Of a stretch of 32,000 bases of DNA, positions 8,470 to 16,146 are shown in pieces. The stretch is from positions 990,001-1,022,000 of the forward strand of contig NC_006624.1 in assembly GCF_000009965.1 (NCBI RefSeq), given 5' to 3'. This DNA is from Thermococcus kodakarensis KOD1 (GTDB lineage Archaea > Methanobacteriota_B > Thermococci > Thermococcales > Thermococcaceae). Position numbers and translations under genes: made by a program. Every line of letters begins with the position of its first letter. The first letter of the stretch is position 1. The notes under the pieces are model-generated. The model saw only the letters and a program-made list of their open reading frames with translations. It was not told the origin of the DNA and ran no database searches.

Positions 8470-9210
8470 TCATCTCCTTGTGGGCTTTCTAGCATTCCCT
8501 TTGATATCCTCGTCAGTTACAAGGCCCTTCGCGTAGGGGCAGAACTCTCTCAGCGGACATTCTTCGCACTTGGGGTTTATCGGCCGGCAGATACTCCTTC
8601 CGTGGTCAACCATGGCGTGGTTGACGTATATCCACTTCTCCTTCGGGATGAGTGCAGTTAGGTACTCTTCGACCTTTTCAGGGGCAACCCTCGGCGGTGC
8701 CAGGCCCAACCTTTTGCTTATCCTGTTAACATGCGTATCCACTGGGATAGCCTGTTTTCCAAAGCCGTATGCCAGAACGATGTTCGCACACTTCCTCCCG
8801 ATTCCCGGGAGCTTCATAAGCTCGTGAATGTCATCCGGGACTTTTCCCCCGTACCTCTCAAGGATTATCTTGGAGGCCTTAACTATCCACTCGCCCTTCG
8901 TCTTCCAGAGGCCAACTCCCTGCTTTCTTAGAAACTCCTGCATCTCCTCGACGGGGGTGTTCGCTATTGTCTCAATGTCCTTATACTTCTTAAACAGCTC
9001 TTCCCAGACGCGGTAGGTTACCTCATCGCGCATCCTTTGGGAGATTATGCAGTGGACGAGCGTTCGGTAGGGGTCGCCGATTAGGAGCTTTTCCCTCGGG
9101 TGGGTCTTCATGAGGATTTCAACTATCTTCTCGGCCCGCTTTTTCTTTTCCTCCCAGCTCTCCTCAAAGGTGAAGCCCTCAAGGCTCAATGACCGTGACT
9201 TTGCTTCCAT
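8470..9210 (-). CDS. nth: endonuclease III (HhH-GPD DNA glycosylase/AP lyase, 4Fe-4S)
   Basis: HhH motif LMKLPGIGRKCANIVL and catalytic-region VDTHVNR. Cluster CRPINPKCEECPLREFC has C-X6-C-X2-C-X5-C spacing. Confidence 0.9.
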   Translation of the reverse strand: MEAKSRSLSLEGFTFEESWEEKKKRAEKIVEILMKTHPREKLLIGDPYRTLVHCIISQRMRDEVTYRVWEELFKKYKDIETIANTPVEEMQEFLRKQGVGLWKTKGEWIVKASKIILERYGGKVPDDIHELMKLPGIGRKCANIVLAYGFGKQAIPVDTHVNRISKRLGLAPPRVAPEKVEEYLTALIPKEKWIYVNHAMVDHGRSICRPINPKCEECPLREFCPYAKGLVTDEDIKGNARKPTRR

Positions 9211-9616
9211 GGACTACCACCACCTTCCCTTCTGCCACCCTAACTTCTTTCAGTTCCTCGAACTCCCTGCTATAAATCTTTTGCCCGCTCCAGTTGTAGA
9301 TTCGAACTTCGTTTTCGAGGACGATGACGAGACCTTTTGAGAAGGGGAGCACCTCCCGAACTTCTTCATCGAATTCGAGAGTTATCTCCTTCACCTCGCT
9401 TCTCGTTATCTCGATTCGGGTGTTTTTCGAGACCTTCATCGGGCTTGGATCGGCGAGGACAACTTTGTAGGCCAAAGGCCTCCCGAGGAGGTCTATCTCA
9501 ACCGTCTCGCCAGTTTTTACTTCTCTGCCCACTAATTTCGAACGGATAATCTCCTCAAAGCCAGCCGGGAGCTCAGCGTCGAAGAGGGGTTTGAGTACTA
9601 TCTTCATAGTCCCCAC
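9179..9616 (-). CDS. hypothetical protein with a Cdc48 N-domain (beta-clam, CDC48_2-like) segment
   Basis: 145 aa. LVGREVKTGETVEIDLLGRPLAYKVVLADPSPMKVSKNTRIEITRSEVKEI aligns with Cdc48 residues [52 protein letters not shown] encoded in this same window. The 3' end overlaps the nth start by 32 nt. Confidence 0.6.
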   Translation of the reverse strand: MGTMKIVLKPLFDAELPAGFEEIIRSKLVGREVKTGETVEIDLLGRPLAYKVVLADPSPMKVSKNTRIEITRSEVKEITLEFDEEVREVLPFSKGLVIVLENEVRIYNWSGQKIYSREFEELKEVRVAEGKVVVVHGSKVTVIEP

Positions 9617-9662
9617 CTAACCGTGAGTTAGGGCGGAGGGTAATAAGCGTTCCTAAGAAAGC

Positions 9663-9694
9663 TTTATAAACTCGACATATCAAACGATATATCG
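9663..9694 (+). promoter_or_regulatory. PadR gene promoter (TATA TTTATAAA 9663-9670) with a palindromic candidate operator
   Basis: Perfect 10-nt palindrome CGATATATCG (9685-9694), overlapping ATATC-AAAC-GATAT (9677-9690). It lies 15-24 nt downstream of the TATA box, across the expected transcription start. Confidence 0.5.
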
Positions 9695-10174
9695 GTGAAA
9701 GAAATGGAGAAGCCGAAGTTCAGGGGACACCTCAAACTCCTCGTTTTGAAACTCCTTGAGGAAGGTCCGCTCCACGGGTACGGCGTAATGGCGGAGCTTG
9801 AGAAGAGGTACGGCATGCCCCAGCCGAGCCCTGGGGCTATATACCCCATCCTAGCCTCCCTGAAGAGGTCAGGCCTCATTGAGGTCGCAGGTGAGGGAAA
9901 AAGGGAGAAGAAGCTCTACCGCATAACCGAGAAGGGAAGAGAGTACCTCAAAGAGCATGAATACGAGGTGAATGAAGCCATTGAGACCGCAGAGCGCTTT
10001 AGGGAGTTCGCCCGTCTCGGCGGCAGGGAGCTGGCGGAGGTTCTCAAAGAGACATTCAACTCGATCAACGAATTGGGTGAAGAGCAGAGAAGGGCCCTCG
10101 CGAAGGAATTTGCAGAGTTCACGAAGAGGGTTAGGTTAATTCTTTTGGGTGAGATAAAGGAGGGAACGGAATGA
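9695..10174 (+). CDS. PadR family transcriptional regulator
   Basis: Winged-HTH signature LKLLVLKLLEEGPLHGYGVMAELEKRYG...SPGAIYPILASLKRSGLIE plus a C-terminal coiled coil. The start is GTG 9695 or ATG 9704 and is probably near-leaderless. Confidence 0.85.
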   Translation: MKEMEKPKFRGHLKLLVLKLLEEGPLHGYGVMAELEKRYGMPQPSPGAIYPILASLKRSGLIEVAGEGKREKKLYRITEKGREYLKEHEYEVNEAIETAERFREFARLGGRELAEVLKETFNSINELGEEQRRALAKEFAEFTKRVRLILLGEIKEGTE

Positions 10175-11157
10175 GCGAAGCATTAGTTGTTGAGAACCTC
10201 GTTAAGAAGTACGGGGACTTTGAGGCCGTTAAAGGGGTCTCCTTTAAGGTTAAGAGGGGAGAGATATTCGCCTTCCTCGGGCCGAACGGGGCAGGGAAAA
10301 CAACCACCGTGCACGTTCTCACGACGCTTTTGAGGCCGACCTCGGGAAGGGCGATCGTCGCTGGCCACGACGTGGTTGAGGAGCCGATGGAGGTGAGGAA
10401 GAGGATAGGCATAGTCTTTCAGGATCCGAGCCTCGACAGGGAGCTTACCGCGTGGGAGAACATGTACATCCACGGGAGAATATACGGGCTGAAGGGGAGC
10501 GAACTGAGGGAGAAGATAGAGCGCCTCCTCAAGTTCGTCGAGCTCTGGGAGTTCAAGGACAAACCAGTCAAGACCTTCAGCGGCGGGATGCAGAGGAGGC
10601 TTGAGATAGCGCGCTCTCTCCTCCACGAGCCCGAGGTTCTCTTCCTTGATGAACCCACGATAGGCCTCGATCCGCAGACGAGGGCGCACATCTGGGACTA
10701 CATTCGCGCCATGAAGGAGGAGCACAATATGACGATTTTCCTCACGACTCACTACATGGACGAGGCGGAGATGTTAGCGGACAGGATAGCCATCATAGAC
10801 CACGGAAAGATAATTGCCGAGGGCACCGCGGAGAAGCTCAAAAAGCTCGTCGGAAACGACGTGATCTATTTTAAACTCGACGCTCCCGAAGAGCTCAAGT
10901 GCCTCGAAAGTGGCTTCATCAGGGGCTGTAAGGTTCTTCCCGACGGCAGGGTGGCGCTTGAGGTGGAAAACGCTGCCGAAGCGCTCCCGGGACTCTTCGA
11001 GCTCGCAAATGAGAGGGGCATCAGAATCCTCGAGGTCACCTACCACAGACCCACGCTCAACGACGTCTTCCTCCACCTGACTGGCAGGGAGATAAGGGAC
11101 GAAGGGCCGGAGAACCCGATGGCTTCCTTCGTGAGAATGAGGATGAGGAGGAGGTGA
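10171..11157 (+). CDS. ABC transporter ATP-binding protein (DrrA/ABC-2 exporter type)
   Basis: Walker A GPNGAGKTT, signature FSGGMQRRLE, Walker B VLFLDEPTIGLD, H-loop TTHYM. The ATG overlaps the PadR stop (ATGA). Confidence 0.9.
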   Translation: MSEALVVENLVKKYGDFEAVKGVSFKVKRGEIFAFLGPNGAGKTTTVHVLTTLLRPTSGRAIVAGHDVVEEPMEVRKRIGIVFQDPSLDRELTAWENMYIHGRIYGLKGSELREKIERLLKFVELWEFKDKPVKTFSGGMQRRLEIARSLLHEPEVLFLDEPTIGLDPQTRAHIWDYIRAMKEEHNMTIFLTTHYMDEAEMLADRIAIIDHGKIIAEGTAEKLKKLVGNDVIYFKLDAPEELKCLESGFIRGCKVLPDGRVALEVENAAEALPGLFELANERGIRILEVTYHRPTLNDVFLHLTGREIRDEGPENPMASFVRMRMRRR

Positions 11158-11161
11158 GAGG

Positions 11162-11932
11162 ATGGAGGCACTAACCACAATGGCCTACAGGCAGCTCAAG
11201 AGGTTCAGCAGGGCGAGGTCGAGGGTAATCGGGATGATAATCAACCCGCTCATCTGGCTCGTCTTCTTCGGCCTCGGGTGGAGCAAGGTCTTCGACAACC
11301 CCATGACGAAGATGATCTTTGGGGGAGTGGACTACTTAACGTTCCTCGCGCCAGGTATCTTTGCCATGACGGTCTTCAACATGAGCTTCATAGCAGGAGT
11401 AAGCGTTATCTGGGACAAGCAGTTCGGCTTTCTCAAGGAAGTCCTTGTTGCTCCCGCATCGAGGAGGGGGAGCATCCTGGGGAGGATAATCGGTGACTCA
11501 CTCGTGACGCTCGCTCAGGGAACGATAATCCTCACCCTCACCTACCCGCTCGCGGAGAGCCTCAAGCTGAGCGGATTCCTTCCGGCCCTCGGAGTCGGCT
11601 TCCTGCTCTCGATGGCCTTCTCGGGCTTTGGCGTCAGCCTGGCTTTGAAGATGGAGAGCATGGAGGGCTTCCAGATGGTGATGATGGTCCTCATGCTCCC
11701 GCTGACCTTCCTGAGCGGCGCGATATACCCAATAGACACCATGCCAGGCTGGATGAAGGCCTTAGCTTACATCAACCCGTTAACTTACGCCGTTGACGGC
11801 GCGAGGCACTTCCTCGTGGGGGCCAACGTTGCCAAGTTCTCGCTCGCCGTTGATTTAGGTGTTCTGACCGTCCTGGCGGCCCTCCTGGTGGGGCTGGCCA
11901 TGGTTGAGTTCGAGAGGGCAACGATAGGTTGA
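11162..11932 (+). CDS. ABC-2 type transporter permease
   Basis: 256 aa with six hydrophobic segments. Starts 4 nt after the ATPase stop. ABC-2 style N-terminus (YRQLKRFSRARSRVIGMIINPLIWL). Confidence 0.85.
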   Translation: MEALTTMAYRQLKRFSRARSRVIGMIINPLIWLVFFGLGWSKVFDNPMTKMIFGGVDYLTFLAPGIFAMTVFNMSFIAGVSVIWDKQFGFLKEVLVAPASRRGSILGRIIGDSLVTLAQGTIILTLTYPLAESLKLSGFLPALGVGFLLSMAFSGFGVSLALKMESMEGFQMVMMVLMLPLTFLSGAIYPIDTMPGWMKALAYINPLTYAVDGARHFLVGANVAKFSLAVDLGVLTVLAALLVGLAMVEFERATIG

Positions 11933-11946
11933 AGGGGAGGGCTCCC

Positions 11947-13182
11947 TCATTCTTTTACCCTGTCTTTGAACCTTTCGTAGCTTATCTTCAGCGCCTTCAG
12001 GACGGGGAGTTCCTCTCCCGCGAAGAAGCTCAGCATGGCCCCACCGCCCGTTGATATATGGCTTATTCCAGTGATGTTGTACCTGTAGATGCTTGCTATT
12101 GAATGGCCACCGCCCACCACCGAGAAGGCGGGGCTTTCGCCGATGGCCCTGAAAACACCGACCGTACCAACCGCAAATTCTTCCCTCTCAAAGACGCCCA
12201 TCGGGCCGTTAGCCACTATTATCTTTGCACCTATCAGTATCTCGCGGTACTTCTCCACGGTCCTTGAGCCTATGTCAAGGATGGGATACTGGTCAAACAG
12301 CCTCTTTTCGCCGCCCAGGAGATCAACCTCAAGGCGCTCGCCTTTGTAATCAATGGCAAAGTCCACAGGCGTTCTGACATAGGGATAGAACTCGTCGAGT
12401 ATCTTCTCCGCCCAGTCCACAAGCTCAAGGAGACCTTTCCTGTGAAGGAACTCTATGTTGGCATCCCCGAGGTCAAAGCCCTTAGCGAGCGTGAATATCT
12501 GCCCGACGAGACCACCAGTGAGGATGAGATCCGCTTTCCCCTTCCGCAGGACGTTCTCGGCAACGCGGAGGGAGTCATCTACCTTTGCACCGCCCAGGAC
12601 GTAAACTCTCGGCCTCTCCTCGCTCTCGTAAGCTTTGCTCAGTGCATCAACCTCCGTCTCCATAAGCTTCCCCATTATCATCGGCTTAAGGCGGGCGAAG
12701 CCGACGAGGGAGGGCTGGCTCCTGTGGGCAGTTGCAAAGGCATCGTTAACGACGTAGTCTATTAACGGCGCAAGCTTTCTCACGAAGAACGTCTTTTCGC
12801 ACTCCTCAATTGACCTGTTGAATACCTCTTCAGCTGAGAAGCGGAGGTTTTCGAGAATTATAGCCTCCCCTGGCTTCAGGGAGCTTATTCTCTCCCTGGC
12901 GTATTTCCCAAAGATGTCCTCGACGTATTCAACTTCCTGGCCGAGAAGTCTGCTCAGGATTTGGGCGTGCTCCTCGGTGGTTATGTAGTCCCCCTTGTAG
13001 GGTCTGCTCTGGTGGGTCGCTATCACGAGTTTCGCCCCGTTGTCGAGGAGGTGTTGAATCGTTGGTAAAACCGCCCGAAAGCGGGCGTCGCTCGTTATCC
13101 GTCCTTTTTCAACGGGGGAGTTAAGGTCAGCCCTCAGAAAAACGGTCTTTCCCTCGTAGGTGAAATCTGTGATTCTGAACAT
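11947..13182 (-). CDS. pgk: phosphoglycerate kinase (archaeal type)
   Basis: FLRADLNSPV, ATHQSRP, GGAKVDDS, STGGGA motifs. ATG at 13182 is preferred over the adjacent GTG at 13185. Confidence 0.92.
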   Translation of the reverse strand: MFRITDFTYEGKTVFLRADLNSPVEKGRITSDARFRAVLPTIQHLLDNGAKLVIATHQSRPYKGDYITTEEHAQILSRLLGQEVEYVEDIFGKYARERISSLKPGEAIILENLRFSAEEVFNRSIEECEKTFFVRKLAPLIDYVVNDAFATAHRSQPSLVGFARLKPMIMGKLMETEVDALSKAYESEERPRVYVLGGAKVDDSLRVAENVLRKGKADLILTGGLVGQIFTLAKGFDLGDANIEFLHRKGLLELVDWAEKILDEFYPYVRTPVDFAIDYKGERLEVDLLGGEKRLFDQYPILDIGSRTVEKYREILIGAKIIVANGPMGVFEREEFAVGTVGVFRAIGESPAFSVVGGGHSIASIYRYNITGISHISTGGGAMLSFFAGEELPVLKALKISYERFKDRVKE

Positions 13183-13200
13183 CACATCACCGAGAAAGTG

Positions 13201-13230
13201 TTAAATAGAGGTTTTAATAAAAGTTTATTT
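13201..13230. promoter_or_regulatory. shared AT-rich bidirectional promoter core between pgk and the nuclease-PepSY gene
   Basis: TTAAATAGAGGTTTTAATAAAAGTTTATTT gives TATA-like elements readable on both strands. It lies about 35-50 nt from each start codon. Confidence 0.45.
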
Positions 13231-13278
13231 GAACACTCTTGGTGGTTACAATCCAGAGTACATGAGGACGGTGAGAGG

Positions 13279-15411
13279 ATGCCTTGGACTCAGGACATCG
13301 TGAGGATGCTGTCCCGCGAGGATATCATTGAGTACTTAGCAGAAGTCCTTGATAAGATGGGATTCAGAAACCATGAGAAGGTTGCAGATCGGAGCAGGTG
13401 GGGTGTTGACATAGTAGCGGTAAGGGATGATCCGTTGGCGGGCACCGAAAAGCTTCTGATAAAGGTTCATACCGGATCGCTGGCATCTTCTAAAGAAGTT
13501 AGCGTTTTTGGCGATCTTATTGACAGATACAAAGCCGATAGAGGGATTCTTATATCTCCCCTGGGATTTACAAAGGACGCGAGAACAGTTGTTGCTAAAG
13601 AGTATAGGGCGAGGATTATACTCTGGGACGCCGAAAAGCTCGCGAAAACGTTTTCCAACTACGGGATCAAAGTTCCCGAAATCAAACCCCAAGAATCCGA
13701 GGAAAAAGCGGAAGAAACTCCCCTCACCAAGTTTGAGCTGGACGCGCCTCTCCTGTTTGAGTTTTCGCCAGAAGGGGTCCTCAAAGCCATAGCCAGGGAA
13801 GCCAGCAGAAAATATCCCATAAAGCCCGAGGACATAAAGATCTCCTTCCTCAAAGTGTATCTCTCGACGGCATACATAATTTCCTGGTCAGCGAGAGAGG
13901 GGGAGAGCGAAGAAAAGGGAAAAGCCCTGGTGTTCTCGGAAGAAAAAATAGTTTCCCAAGCTCAGTCAGACCCCAAACTGGCAACACCCGTTAAAAAAGC
14001 CCTTCTAAACGACAGGTCTGAGATATACGCAACTGAGAGAGAAATTGAATCCTCCCTCAGTCCCAGCGAATCCGTTCTTGTGCTTAAGAACACCCTTTCG
14101 GAGAAGCTCGGCGTTCCAGAGAGCAATATAACGATCCACGAGCGGAAAAAAGTGTACGTGCCCACAAAAGCGGAGGCCGAGCTTAAGGTGGGTGCCAACA
14201 GGGCGAGGGCTGTGGTGGATCCGAATACCAACGAAGTCCAGCTTGATGTGTCCGAATTGCCCGACGAGTACTTCCTGCAGACCGTTACAGAAATTCTCAT
14301 GGATAGAATCGGCGAGGAGCCCCTGGAGTCAAAGATTGAAAGGAACAACGGGAAGGTGAAGGTTTTTGGCAAAACCGAGCGCTTCAACTTCGAGTTCAAG
14401 TTCAACGGGTATACCGGTGCCGTGGTATATGAAGAATCCCTTATCACCGATGAGGCCCTCAGGGAGCTCATAAGCAACAAGTATCCAGCCGGAACCATTT
14501 TGGACATCGAGAAGGGCAAGAAGGTTGCGATTGTTGAGGTTGGGCTCAAAGAGGGCATAGTAATCCTCGAGGTCAACCTTGAGAACGGAGAGTTGAAAGA
14601 GATTACCACGCTTCCTTCGCCGGAGGAGGCCTTCAAAAAGGCAAAGCCGATAATAGAGAACAACTTCCCAGTGAAGAACCTGAAGCTGGTCTCCAGCAGA
14701 GTCCTCGAACACAAGTTCTTAGAGATAACAATGGAAGGAGAAGGTGGAAAGGCGACCGCAAAAATAGACGGGGATACAAAGGACGTCCTTGACTACTTCG
14801 TCGAGATTACACCTCAGAAGGCAGAAGAGCTTGTACTCGCCAAATATCCAGGCTACAGAACACTTGGCGTATCAGAATCGGACGAGGTTTACACGGTAGA
14901 AATAGAAAACGACAAGCATAAAGTTACCGTGAAGGCAACCAAGGACGGGAAGATCCTCGAAGAGGCAGACAGGGTTCTGAAAAAAGAAGTCGCCGAGAAA
15001 ATAGCGGAGGAGAAAGTTAAGGACATAGACGAAACCGCAGAGATAAAGGGGATAAGGCTAGACGGAGATTGGGTCGTTGAGTTCCAGGGAGGCAGCAAGG
15101 TCGGAAAGCTCGTACTCGACAGAAAAACGGGTGAGGTAAAGGAAGAAAACGTCAGGTTTACAGAGCTGGCGCTTGAAGAGGCTTTCCACGAACACCTGAA
15201 GAAGCTTTACGGAGAGACCGAGTTGAAGACGGAGAGGCTCACGCACTACAAGGAGGAAGGGTACATCCACATAAAGGTCGCAGGAAAGAACAGCCTTTAC
15301 TATGCGAGAATAGACACGAAAACCGGGAAAATACTGAGCGAGGACAGAGCGCCGATAAAAGGAATAACTGCAAAGCTGAAGCAGCTCCAGCTGGAGAGCA
15401 AGTACAAGTGA
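13279..15411 (+). CDS. Mrr-type (PD-(D/E)xK, Mrr_cat-like) nuclease domain fused to a tandem array of PepSY-like modules; no signal peptide or TM segment
   Basis: ATG 13279 follows GGTGAGAGG. The 13198 GTG in the ORF track lies inside the promoter. The N-terminus aligns with Mrr_cat (IIEYLAEVLDKMGF / WGVDIVAV / EKLLIKVHTG / ADRGILISPLGFTKDAR / IILWDAEKLAKTFSNYGIKV). The remaining roughly 570 aa are repeated helix+sheet modules ending in D/N-x-x-(T/N/D)-G-x-(I/V/L). Confidence 0.75.
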   Translation: MPWTQDIVRMLSREDIIEYLAEVLDKMGFRNHEKVADRSRWGVDIVAVRDDPLAGTEKLLIKVHTGSLASSKEVSVFGDLIDRYKADRGILISPLGFTKDARTVVAKEYRARIILWDAEKLAKTFSNYGIKVPEIKPQESEEKAEETPLTKFELDAPLLFEFSPEGVLKAIAREASRKYPIKPEDIKISFLKVYLSTAYIISWSAREGESEEKGKALVFSEEKIVSQAQSDPKLATPVKKALLNDRSEIYATEREIESSLSPSESVLVLKNTLSEKLGVPESNITIHERKKVYVPTKAEAELKVGANRARAVVDPNTNEVQLDVSELPDEYFLQTVTEILMDRIGEEPLESKIERNNGKVKVFGKTERFNFEFKFNGYTGAVVYEESLITDEALRELISNKYPAGTILDIEKGKKVAIVEVGLKEGIVILEVNLENGELKEITTLPSPEEAFKKAKPIIENNFPVKNLKLVSSRVLEHKFLEITMEGEGGKATAKIDGDTKDVLDYFVEITPQKAEELVLAKYPGYRTLGVSESDEVYTVEIENDKHKVTVKATKDGKILEEADRVLKKEVAEKIAEEKVKDIDETAEIKGIRLDGDWVVEFQGGSKVGKLVLDRKTGEVKEENVRFTELALEEAFHEHLKKLYGETELKTERLTHYKEEGYIHIKVAGKNSLYYARIDTKTGKILSEDRAPIKGITAKLKQLQLESKYK

Positions 15412-16029
15412 CTAGGCCATCAGCATGTTCTCTATCATTTTTATTGCTTCCACTATCTTCCTCTCGGGCTTCTCCTCGTTCTTTGGTATCTCAAGGTTTA
15501 TGACGAGCCTCTCTTCCTTGCTGTCCTCGAAGTCGTAGATTTCAAGCTCCTCGACCTCAACGTCCTCGAAGATGCTCTCCAGTTCGGGGCTAAGCACCTT
15601 TTTGTCGTTGCCGTAAACCTCAACGCGGACTATATCGTCAGTCGTTGAGGCCACAACAACTATCTCGTAGGGGCCAACCTTCTTGGTGAAGCGGAAAGCG
15701 TTTCCATAGCCCTCAACGTCCTCTTTAAACCCAAGCTGAAGCATCGTGCTCCTTATGGCTTCGGTCTTGCTCTTTATCCTGTTTAAAACTCTCTCACGGA
15801 GCTTGTAGCTCTCCTCAAGGGCCTTCTTTATACCCTCACCCGCTTTCTCAACCGGGCCTTCCCATATGCCGATGATCTTGATACCTGAAGAAGTCGGCTT
15901 AAGCTCAATCTTAAGGGAATCAACGTCAAAGTCTCGCAGGTCGTCTATCTTAAGCTCGCCGAGGGTGAGTATATCAAACTCAATCCTCACGACGTTTCCA
16001 AAGGCTTTACCTTTGAACTTCACCCCCAT
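15412..16029 (-). CDS. hypothetical protein (205 aa from ATG 16029)
   Basis: Complete ORF with host-like codon usage. TATA-like GGTTTTTAAACC on the minus strand (about 16058-16069) lies roughly 30 nt upstream of ATG 16029, so the mRNA is probably leaderless. The track start at 16035 is TTG. No family recognised. Its stop codon directly abuts the stop of the convergent gene. Confidence 0.6.
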   Translation of the reverse strand: MGVKFKGKAFGNVVRIEFDILTLGELKIDDLRDFDVDSLKIELKPTSSGIKIIGIWEGPVEKAGEGIKKALEESYKLRERVLNRIKSKTEAIRSTMLQLGFKEDVEGYGNAFRFTKKVGPYEIVVVASTTDDIVRVEVYGNDKKVLSPELESIFEDVEVEELEIYDFEDSKEERLVINLEIPKNEEKPERKIVEAIKMIENMLMA

Positions 16030-16146
16030 CACCAAGAGCGGCTTGAAGCGTCGGTTTAAAAACCTTCTGTGTGATGAGGGCGAAAAATTTTCACAAATGT
16101 GGTGGCCTGCAAAAGTCGTAGAAATTGAGGGAGAAAAAGAAAGCCT

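Noticed and set aside
13962-14714. 250-aa Ser-rich minus-strand ORF
   Set aside because: It is antisense to the PepSY-array gene. The Ser/Phe/Leu-rich composition is the mirror of the E/K-rich sense frame, and there are no start signals.
16069-16146. Possible C/D box sRNA starting at GTGATGA (16069-16075)
   Set aside because: There is no CTGA D box, and no internal D'/C' boxes at appropriate spacing downstream on that strand.
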